IMG/VR virus record: IMGVR_UViG_3300032265_001108
Coordinates: 1 to 63,416 of that record
DNA length: 63,416 bases
From: a virus
Taxonomy: Duplodnaviria; Caudoviricetes
Reading direction: 5' to 3' (one strand)
The notes below the pieces were generated by a model that was given only the letters and a program-made list of their open reading frames with translations, made no database searches and was not told the DNA's origin. Made by a program: the position numbers and the translations under genes. Positions within the stretch are counted from its first letter, which is position 1, and every line of letters begins with the position of its first letter. This document shows positions 53,180 to 62,200 of the stretch, piece after piece.

Positions 53180-53425
53180 ATGTTATTAAGAGAATTTGTT
53201 TACTTTGATAAAGATCATGCTGATCCACAGGATGATAACCGCTATCTTAGCCAAAATGACACAAGCGTTTTGCGTCAGAAAGACCTAAGAAAGACTCGTT
53301 TGACTCTAGAAATGATTAATGAACTGCGCAAAGCAGGCGATGCTCGTGAGAAAGAAAAGAAAGAAGAGTTAGGGTTAGTTAGAAAAATGTATGCGGCGCC
53401 ACCGCCCGATGCGGCTGCTCAATAA
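53180..53425 (+). CDS. Small head-module protein
   Basis: 81-aa ORF between the portal and core genes; TATAAATA at 53164-53171. Confidence 0.7.
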   Translation: MLLREFVYFDKDHADPQDDNRYLSQNDTSVLRQKDLRKTRLTLEMINELRKAGDAREKEKKEELGLVRKMYAAPPPDAAAQ

Positions 53426-53607
53426 CACATACTTTAATATCTTTGATTAAAAACTAAATATTTTTAACAAAGAATATGTCAAAGTAGAATAAAATTCTAT
53501 CGTACGAGTCGAAAACCGTCTGTTTTCGGCCTATTTCCAACATTGATTTTACCAACTGTGTAAATACAACACAGCCTTGCCGCAACCACATTAAGGAGAA
53601 TAACGCA

Positions 53608-54621
53608 ATGTCTACAAAATTTGAACAATTATTAGACTATCTAGTTAACGAAGAAATGGATAAAGCCAATGAACTATTCCATGAAATCGTTGTAGAGAAG
53701 TCACGCACAATTTATGAAAACCTGATCGCTGAAGAAGATGAGGAAATGGATGAAGCCGCCGATGAGGACATGGACGAATCTGCTGATGACGAAGAAATGG
53801 ACGAATCTGCTGATGACGAAGAAATGGACGAGTCACAAGAAGAATTAGAAGATTCTTACATGATGGATGCCGACGAAACTGGCGACGAAACAGATGACTT
53901 CGGTGGTGATGTTTCTGCCGATGGCGACAACTTTGATTCCCCAGAAGATGGCGAACATGGACCTGAAGGTCAAGAAGACAAAGCAATTTTTGATATTAAA
54001 AATGCTATCGCTGAACTAGAAGCGGCATTTGCTGAACTAGAACAAGCCCAAGGCGGTGAAGAAGACGGCATGGGAATGGACGACGAGTTCGGTGACGAAG
54101 AAGATGAAATGGGCGACGAAATGGGCGACGAAGATGAGTCTATGGGCTTCATGGAAGGCCGTCGTTTAACTCGTGAGTATGTTGAGAAAGTTGGTAACGA
54201 CTGGGAAAAGAACAGCATGAAAACACAGGGTCAATACCTAGGTGCTGGCACTGGTGAAAAAGACGGTGCTCCAGTTGAAGGCCGTAGCCCAATCAGTTCT
54301 GGCAAAGGTAAGCCAACAACTGGTGCTACAGCGGCTAACATCGCTAAAGGCGCTACAGGTGAAGGCAACAACACAGGTACAAGCCCTAACAAAGTAAACA
54401 AAGGTATCACTCCAGAAAAGAGTGAAAAGTTTGCTAGCATCAATGGTAATGTTCCAGGCGGCAAGATGGGTGTAAAGAATCTATCTAAAGTTGCTGGTGG
54501 CCACGGTGCTGAGAAGAAAGGTTCTGGCCCAGGCCCAGTAGGTGCTGGTACAGGTGACAAGGCAGGTCAAACAAGTATTGATCCAGCTACAAAGCGTCAA
54601 TTCCTTCCACAAAGCAGATAA
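53608..54621 (+). CDS. Highly acidic prohead core-like protein
   Basis: D/E-rich repeats (EMDESADDE), AAGGAG SD, position before the protease. Confidence 0.7.
   Translation: MSTKFEQLLDYLVNEEMDKANELFHEIVVEKSRTIYENLIAEEDEEMDEAADEDMDESADDEEMDESADDEEMDESQEELEDSYMMDADETGDETDDFGGDVSADGDNFDSPEDGEHGPEGQEDKAIFDIKNAIAELEAAFAELEQAQGGEEDGMGMDDEFGDEEDEMGDEMGDEDESMGFMEGRRLTREYVEKVGNDWEKNSMKTQGQYLGAGTGEKDGAPVEGRSPISSGKGKPTTGATAANIAKGATGEGNNTGTSPNKVNKGITPEKSEKFASINGNVPGGKMGVKNLSKVAGGHGAEKKGSGPGPVGAGTGDKAGQTSIDPATKRQFLPQSR
53770..53830 (+). repeat. 27-bp tandem repeat encoding MDESADDEE
   Basis: ATGGACGAATCTGCTGATGACGAAGAA twice plus a partial third copy. Confidence 0.8.
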
Positions 54622-54634
54622 TTAGAGACTACGG

Positions 54635-55267
54635 ATGAAACAAATTTCATATCTACGCGAACACCTAAGTTTTGATCAGGCTGGAGTTATTCTTGAGTCT
54701 GATGAAAAGGATGGCAAGAGTCTTTACTTAAAAGGCATCGCTATTCAAGGTGGTATCCGTAATGCCAATCAACGAGTTTACCCTGTAGACGAAATTGAAA
54801 GAGCAGTTAAAACACTCAATGATCAGATTGTAAATGGTTATAGTGTGTTAGGTGAAGTTGATCATCCCGATGATCTTAAAGTGAATTTGGACCGTGTATC
54901 CCATATGATTACTCAGATGTGGATGGAGGGTCCTAATGGTTATGGCAAGATGAAAATTTTGCCTACACCGATGGGTAACTTAGTTCGTACTATGCTTGAA
55001 AGCGGAGTAAAACTTGGTGTAAGTTCTCGTGGTAGCGGCAATGTTAACGACATGAACGGCCATGTATCAGATTTCGAGATTATCACAGTAGATGTGGTTG
55101 CCCAACCCAGTGCTCCAGGAGCGTATCCGACACCAGTTTATGAACATCTAATGAATGTTCGTGGCGGGAACAGGGCGTTTACAGTTGCACAAGAAGTTAA
55201 AGAAGATCCAAAGGCCCAGAAATATTTGAAAGAATCACTTCTTCAAATTATTAAAGGTCTAAAATAA
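54635..55267 (+). CDS. Prohead protease (T4 gp21-like)
   Basis: N.N.RVYP, GEVDHP, TPMG, GVSSRGSG, DVVAQPSAPGA. Confidence 0.93.
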   Translation: MKQISYLREHLSFDQAGVILESDEKDGKSLYLKGIAIQGGIRNANQRVYPVDEIERAVKTLNDQIVNGYSVLGEVDHPDDLKVNLDRVSHMITQMWMEGPNGYGKMKILPTPMGNLVRTMLESGVKLGVSSRGSGNVNDMNGHVSDFEIITVDVVAQPSAPGAYPTPVYEHLMNVRGGNRAFTVAQEVKEDPKAQKYLKESLLQIIKGLK

Positions 55268-55283
55268 GCCCGAGGAGAAATAA

Positions 55284-56372
55284 ATGGACGCATTCAAACA
55301 ATTAGTTGAGTCAGGGTTGATGACAGAAGAAACAAAATCTGTTATTGAATCTGCACTTGCTGAAAGACTTAAAGAGAATCGCGACCAAGTTACCGCAGAA
55401 CTTCGTGAAGAGTTTGCACAAAAATACAATCATGATAAAAGCATGATGGTAGAAGCAATCGACAAGATGTTAGGCGATAGATTGGCTGCTGAAATGTCTG
55501 AATTGCATGAGGACAAGAAGGCTCTAGCCGAAGCAAAAGCTCGTTACCAAGCAAAGGTAAAGAACGATGCTATAAAGCTAGAAGGTTTTGTCATGAATCA
55601 ATTAGGCAAAGAGTTAGTAGAGTTCCAGAATGATCGCAAGAAAGTTTCTGAGAACTTTGGAAAGTTAGAGCAGTTCGTTGTACATGCTCTAGCTAAAGAA
55701 ATCAAAGAGTTCGCTGTAGACAAGAAGGATCTAGCTGAAACGAAAGTTAAGTTAGTCCGTGAAGCTAAGAGCAAATTTGAAGATATCAAACAAAACTTTG
55801 TAAAGCGTGCCGCTAAAGTTGTTGAAAACACAGTTACTAAAAAATTGACATCTGAAATCAAGCAATTGAAAGAAGATATCGATAGTAGCCGTGAAAACGA
55901 TTTTGGTCGTAAAATTTACGAAGCGTTTGCGCAGGAATTTGCAGGTTCATATCTAAATGAAAAATCTGAAACAAGTAAATTGTTAAAAATTATTCAGAAG
56001 AAAGAACATGAACTAGCAGAAGCAAATCAAGCAATAGCAGAAAAAGCTCAATTAGTCGAGTCTACACAAAGAGAAATCCGCGTGACAAAAGATTTGATGG
56101 AGCGTAAAAATGTTATGGCTGAAATGTTAGCACCCTTAAGTGCCGACAAGAGAGTTATCATGAAAGAACTTCTAGAGTCTGTACAGACTAAGAAATTGAG
56201 TGAGGCTTTCGATAAATACCTACCAGCAGTTATGGAAGGACAGTCACGCACTGTTGCTACTAAAAAAGCAATGTTGAGTGAAGGTACTGAAGTAACAGGA
56301 AATCGTGAAAGCAAGCCCGAGGTAGGCTTAGACAATATTTTAGACATCCGCAAGTTGGCGGGTTTAAAATAA
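55284..56372 (+). CDS. Prohead scaffold protein (T4 gp22-like)
   Basis: Coiled-coil, E/K-rich, between the protease and capsid genes. Confidence 0.8.
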   Translation: MDAFKQLVESGLMTEETKSVIESALAERLKENRDQVTAELREEFAQKYNHDKSMMVEAIDKMLGDRLAAEMSELHEDKKALAEAKARYQAKVKNDAIKLEGFVMNQLGKELVEFQNDRKKVSENFGKLEQFVVHALAKEIKEFAVDKKDLAETKVKLVREAKSKFEDIKQNFVKRAAKVVENTVTKKLTSEIKQLKEDIDSSRENDFGRKIYEAFAQEFAGSYLNEKSETSKLLKIIQKKEHELAEANQAIAEKAQLVESTQREIRVTKDLMERKNVMAEMLAPLSADKRVIMKELLESVQTKKLSEAFDKYLPAVMEGQSRTVATKKAMLSEGTEVTGNRESKPEVGLDNILDIRKLAGLK

Positions 56373-56393
56373 TTTATATTCAAGGAGACATAA

Positions 56394-57569
56394 ATGTCAC
56401 AACTATTAAATGAAAGATGGTCAGAGACCAAAGAAGCTCTGCTTGAAGGCCTACAAGGTAACCGTCGTGCTTCTATGGCAGTTTGCCTAGAAAACACACG
56501 CCGCAGTTTGGCTGAAAGCGCAACAGCAGGTGCAACAAGTGCAGGTAATGTAGCAACACTTAACCGTGTTATTCTACCAGTTATCCGTCGTGTTATGCCT
56601 ACAGTTATTGCCAACGAGATCATCGGCGTTCAGCCAATGACTGGTCCAGTTGGTCAAATCCATACATTGCGTGTCCGTTACGCAGACTCTGGAGACAATG
56701 TAACAGCAGGTGAAGAAGCTCTAAGCCCATTCAAGATTGCTAGTGCATATTCTGGTAATAATGTTGACGCTAACCCAGCGGCTAACACAACATCACAACT
56801 AGAAGGTCAACCAGGCAAGCGTATGAGCATTCAAATCTTGAAAACACCAGTCGAAGCAAAGAGCCGCAAGCTATCTGCTCGTTGGACATTCGAGGCCGCT
56901 CAAGACGCACAAGCACAACAAGGTATTGATATCGAAGCAGAAATCATGGCCGCTTTAGCTCAAGAAATTACAGCTGAAATCGATCAAGAAATTCTAGCAA
57001 GTCTTCGTGGTCTAGCTAATGTTGAAGAAACATATGACCAATCTTTAGTATCTGGTACAGCAACATTCGTTGGTGATGAGCATGCCGCATTGGCAATCCA
57101 AATCAACCGTGTTTCTAACTTGATCGCTCAAAGAACACGTCGTGGCGCAGGTAACTGGGCTGTTGTTTCTAACCAAGCATTGACAATTCTACAATCTGCT
57201 ACTACTAGCGCATTTGCTCGTACAACAGAAGGTACATTCGAAGCTCCAACAAACACTAAGTTCGTTGGTACATTGAATGGCGCTATGCGCATTTATGTTG
57301 ACGCATACAAGTCAGATACAGACGATCTAAACCAAGTTCTAATTGGTTATAAAGGTGCTAGCGAAGCTGATGCAGCCGCGTTCTATTGCCCTTATATTCC
57401 ATTGATGAGTTCTGGTGTTGTTCTTGATCCAGCAACATTCGAACCAGTAGTTGGCTTCTTGACACGCTACGGCTATGTCCAGTTGACAAATACTGCTTCT
57501 TCTCTAGGTAACGCTGCCGATTATCTAGGTAAAGTTGCAATCACAAGTGCAAATGTAAGCTTCAAGTAA
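56394..57569 (+). CDS. Major capsid protein (T4 gp23-like)
   Basis: RRVMPT.IA..I.GVQPMTGP.G, VEAKSRKL.A.WT.E.AQD, FYCPYIPL, F.P.VGF.TRYG. Confidence 0.95.
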   Translation: MSQLLNERWSETKEALLEGLQGNRRASMAVCLENTRRSLAESATAGATSAGNVATLNRVILPVIRRVMPTVIANEIIGVQPMTGPVGQIHTLRVRYADSGDNVTAGEEALSPFKIASAYSGNNVDANPAANTTSQLEGQPGKRMSIQILKTPVEAKSRKLSARWTFEAAQDAQAQQGIDIEAEIMAALAQEITAEIDQEILASLRGLANVEETYDQSLVSGTATFVGDEHAALAIQINRVSNLIAQRTRRGAGNWAVVSNQALTILQSATTSAFARTTEGTFEAPTNTKFVGTLNGAMRIYVDAYKSDTDDLNQVLIGYKGASEADAAAFYCPYIPLMSSGVVLDPATFEPVVGFLTRYGYVQLTNTASSLGNAADYLGKVAITSANVSFK

Positions 57570-57593
57570 TCCGTTACTTTTAGTAAACAAAAT

Positions 57594-57619
57594 AAAAAAC
57601 GCCCTTCGGGGCGTTTTTT
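57594..57619 (+). terminator. Rho-independent terminator after the capsid gene (cUUCGg loop)
   Basis: AAAAAACGCCC-TTCG-GGGCGTTTTTT. Confidence 0.9.
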
Positions 57620-57698
57620 GTTAAATACAGTGTCTAGATTATTATGCAGTACCCTCTGCGTACGGCCTAGAACGCCATTTAAATAAAGGAGAAACAAA

Positions 57699-58607
57699 AT
57701 GGGACGCCCAATTAAAGCCAAATTTTTTGGTAACTTAAACAACGAACAATTTAAAAATGTCGGTATCAATTCTGGTATTGGCGGAGAAGGTGTTGCTAGC
57801 GTTAGCGTTAGCAATAGTGGCACTAATTACTCTAAAGGTGCTACAATAACATTCTCAACACCACAAGAGCCAACTGGTCGTAGAGCAACTGGTCATGCCA
57901 CATTCACATCTAACGGAACTGGTGCATTTGGAATAACTGCGGTTGTTATCGATGATGCTGGTACAGGTTATACATCTGCCCCGTCAGCGTCAGCAGCAGG
58001 TGCGGCAACTGTTAATACTGTTGGCACGTCAACAAATGCAAGCTATACACTAACAAACATGACAAGTGTTGCTGGAATTTATGAAGGTATGTTGGCATCC
58101 GCACCATACGGCATGCAAGCTAATAACTATGTTACTGCTGTTGGAACAAATTCTGTTACATTATTTAAAACAATGAACTTATCAACAGCTTCATTAGCAA
58201 TTGCGTTTAGTAGTGCAGGTTCTGGTTTTGCTTATAGTGTTACATTAACAGCATCTAACTACAACGCTCTTAAAGTCAATGCATACCTATTGGCAAGAAA
58301 TGGCGGTACTGGTGCTAAACTTGCTGACATTGTTAAACAAGAAGCAAGCCATCGTTATCTAGTTAAGACTAGCGAAGGCATTGGTCAATGCCGCCTAGTA
58401 AACACAAGTACACTAACAGCTGGTCAAATGAACATTGTTGCTACAGACTTCAATGGTAGCACATACTATGTTACAAAACTAACAGCACACAAGGCAGTTC
58501 TATCACAGTCAACAGCTAGTGGTAGCTTCTTGATTGCCAATAGTCATGCTACAGGATGGACCTTAGGTGCCGCAACTGGTACAGTTGTTACACTTGCTAA
58601 TGTTTAA
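57699..58607 (+). CDS. Virion structural protein (possible head decoration)
   Basis: Ser/Thr/Gly-rich beta protein with GxxY repeats, strong SD, follows the capsid gene. Confidence 0.65.
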   Translation: MGRPIKAKFFGNLNNEQFKNVGINSGIGGEGVASVSVSNSGTNYSKGATITFSTPQEPTGRRATGHATFTSNGTGAFGITAVVIDDAGTGYTSAPSASAAGAATVNTVGTSTNASYTLTNMTSVAGIYEGMLASAPYGMQANNYVTAVGTNSVTLFKTMNLSTASLAIAFSSAGSGFAYSVTLTASNYNALKVNAYLLARNGGTGAKLADIVKQEASHRYLVKTSEGIGQCRLVNTSTLTAGQMNIVATDFNGSTYYVTKLTAHKAVLSQSTASGSFLIANSHATGWTLGAATGTVVTLANV

Positions 58608-58627
58608 TTTTTAAAATTAATACTACC

Positions 58628-58649
58628 AAAGGGCTCTTCGGAGCCCTTT
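58628..58649 (+). terminator. Terminator hairpin (cUUCGg loop)
   Basis: AAAGGGCTC-TTCG-GAGCCCTTT. Confidence 0.8.
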
Positions 58650-58688
58650 CATTTTGTGCGTATACTTTGAAATCAGGTAAATATTGGT

Positions 58689-59189
58689 ATGACCACTACT
58701 TGGACACTTCCAACTCAAATTTCTCAATATCCCGAATCTGGCGCAGATGATGTACATGTAGCATGGAATAATTTAAACAATCGTACAGCTTTAAGAACTG
58801 TTAGAGATCTTCAGCATATTGCGAGAAGTCCCAAGACTGATGTAACGATGAAAACTTGGTTCTTAAAATTACAAGGTTTCAATTTTAACAATTTGCCTGA
58901 TATAATATCGGGCATAGAACTTAGATTAACAATGAATCGTCGAGCAAGAATTACAGATGATCTAGTGCAGTTGGTATTAGGTGATACTATAGGTGACAGC
59001 CGAGCAAATTTAAATCTTGATCCTATTAAATTATATGGCAGCGACAACGATTTATGGAATACAAGCGAGTTAACAAGTGCAAATATAATGGATCCGACTT
59101 TTGGAGTCTTGTTAAGATTTCAAAGTCATCCACATTGGCCTCATAAAGATGGGGTATATATTGGTTCGGTTGAAATGCGAATTCACTAA
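58689..59189 (+). CDS. Hypothetical (probably virion) protein
   Basis: 166-aa ORF; TAAATA 5 nt upstream of the ATG. Confidence 0.65.
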   Translation: MTTTWTLPTQISQYPESGADDVHVAWNNLNNRTALRTVRDLQHIARSPKTDVTMKTWFLKLQGFNFNNLPDIISGIELRLTMNRRARITDDLVQLVLGDTIGDSRANLNLDPIKLYGSDNDLWNTSELTSANIMDPTFGVLLRFQSHPHWPHKDGVYIGSVEMRIH

Positions 59190-59217
59190 AACAATAAATA
59201 CTCTAAAGGAATATTAA

Positions 59218-62200
59218 ATGTCTACAGTAAGAGTTTCAGGAACACGGTCAACTACCCCAAGCGGTAATTATGGAATTTCTGCACCAGGCGGTAATGTAAC
59301 CCTAGGTGGTGGTGGAAATATCACCATTACTGGCGGTGGAAATATAACAATCAATGCCGGTACTGGTACAACAGTTATTAATTCTACACAGACTAATATT
59401 TCTGGAAATGCCACAGTCGGTGGCAATGCTATTATCACAGGAACATTGACTGTTCTAGGTGATACAGCTACCAACATACATATCTTACCTGCACCAAAAA
59501 ACGTCGGTAGTCCTCCAAACCCGTTCGGCCTAGACGATAATGTATATATCGGCCCAGGCTATGTTGCGTTCGGTGGTGCCAACGGAACATATCAAAGAAC
59601 GCTGGCACAGCTATATCTTGCAGGTGGTGTTGGTATTGAAAAAGACTTGAACGTCGGCGGATACATCTATGGTCGCGTCAGTCAAGCAACTACTTCACAA
59701 CAGTTAATCGTTACAGCTACTAACATTGATCAAGTATTTTATCCAACATTTACTGATCAATTAGGTGTTGGTACTTACCTATATGGTGACAATATTGGAA
59801 TAAAGGGTGGGCTGACCTATAACCCTTCTACAGGAATACTTACTACTGATCAAGCAGCCATCGTGGCGGCAACTCCTAGTACTAGTCCAGAAACTGGAGC
59901 ATTAACAGTTGCAGGGGGCGCAGGTATTGTTGGCGAAGTTAACCTGGGCAACAACCTGAATGTCTTAGGTAATATTGCTAGTGCAAACATTTACCCTAAC
60001 GCAGACAATCAATTTCAAATTGGAGAAGCTACTGCTCGTTGGGAACAGGCATTCCTTGAGAAGATTTATACCAATGTAATTACAAGTAACCCAGGCGAGA
60101 ATATTGAGATCAGACCTGAGGTGCCGATGACTGATATCTTCAGCGATATCCGTGTTAGAGGTAAAAATCCAATTGGTACTGCCCCAGTTGTAACCAATGT
60201 GTTGTATGTTACAGTAGACGGTGACGACACTAACGATGGTCGAGCTATGGATGCAAGTCGTGCATGCCGTACAATCGGTGGAGCAATAAACAGCCCATAC
60301 TATCAATCAGGTACACAAATTCGCGTAAGTCCGGGCCACTACTTAGAAAACAATCCGTTAGAAATGAAACCCTACACCAGTGTTATGGGTTCAGACCTTC
60401 GTACAACTTTTGTAGAACCAATTAATAAAACACAAGACTTATTCCATGTTAACAGTGGTTGCTATCTTGCGTTCATGAATTTCTTAAATGGTCGTAGTGG
60501 ACTATTAGAGGGACAATACACAGCTGGTACTAATCGAGGAGCATACGCAACAGCATTTCCTCCACTAACCGGTAACGATCGTATCGACCTATTCCACTCA
60601 CCATACATTCAAAACTGTACCAATCAGAGCGGTCCGTGGTTAAAGGACGGTACGCTATTTGTTCCTAACCAAACTATTCAAGTTCCCGACGCTGTCGGTA
60701 TTTCTTCATGGGATGCTAATACTTCAACTATCCTAGTTACACTATCTACTGGTACTGTTGAATTAGGAATGAGCTTGGAAGTAACTGAACAAGATCCAGG
60801 ATTCTTTGATGCTCGAACATTATTATTGGCCAACAAACCTTTCTTACAAGAACAAGTTGTAGCCTTTGTTGATCAAACATTTAACACAGGTACATTTGTT
60901 TATAATCAAACAAAATGTGCTCGTGATACAGGATTGATTGTTGATAGTATTGCACTTGATTTAATGTATTCTACAGTTTATAATCATTCTGCAAGTGAAA
61001 GTACATTTGCTGGTTTACAATACTGGAGTCAAGATGTAGGCCGCACCGGTGCTATACAAGGCGAACTAACAACTACTACCGAAGCAATTAACTATGCAAG
61101 AAATCTTGTAATTAGTCTTGTTCAATCAGTTAATGCATATAGTGTTACAGGAACTATTGCAACTCTATTCAACACTGTAACTAATATTTTAAACAATGGT
61201 ACTGTTGGAGTAACTGATCAAATTGTTTCTAACAATTTAACAACCAGTACAGATGCGGCTACATGGGCGGCTTATAAAGCTATCCAAGCCAATACTGCAA
61301 CAATACAGTTGATGGCAGTTAATTACATCTACAACAAGTATCCTGCATTTGAATTTAACACAAGCACCTGCTATCGAGATATAGGCTATATTATTAATAG
61401 CGTTAGCTTTGACCTTTTAAATGGCGGCAATAAACAAAGTATCAAATCTGGTGTTTACTATTGGGGCTATGATGGTGCGTCATCTGCGATTCCTAGAGAA
61501 ATTCCAGAAACTACCGCAGCCTATAATTTTATCAAGAGTATTATTCCCAACATTGTATTAGGACAACCAATTCTTACTCCGTATCAGGGAACATATCCTC
61601 AAGTCTATCTAGGTTACAATGCATCAACACAGGATGCAGTAAATCTACTCCAAGATAGTATTGATACGATAACAAATATTATTCGCAACGGCCCATCGGC
61701 AGCTGGACCACAATATCCAATGCCTGTTGATCGTAGTCCAGTTATATCAATTCAAAATGCCTGTGCATTGCTACAGGCAAATAGACAATTTATTGTAGCA
61801 GAAACAATTGCCTACATTAATGCAACTGCCGGCAAGTTTATCTACTCAAGAGAATTCTGTTATCGAGATGTTGGTATCTTAGTTGAGAATATGAGCTATG
61901 ATATGGCATTTGGCGGAAATCAGAAATCTGTCGAAAGCGGACTTGCCTACTGGAACGGTGCAGTTAGTAAGATTGCTGGACAAGAATCACAAACAACCAG
62001 TGCAATTGATTATCTTGGAAGCCTATGTAAGCAGGTTGTTGTAAATCAAACCTGTACAGACCTGTTAAGCCACCTAGGTGTAACCAGTGCCTTAAATTCA
62101 CAGGTTAGAAATACTGTACTTACAGGCGGTTCTATAGCAGTTGGTGTAATAACTAACTTGTTTGATATTGTTACTAACATTATTGCCAACGGACCCAGTG

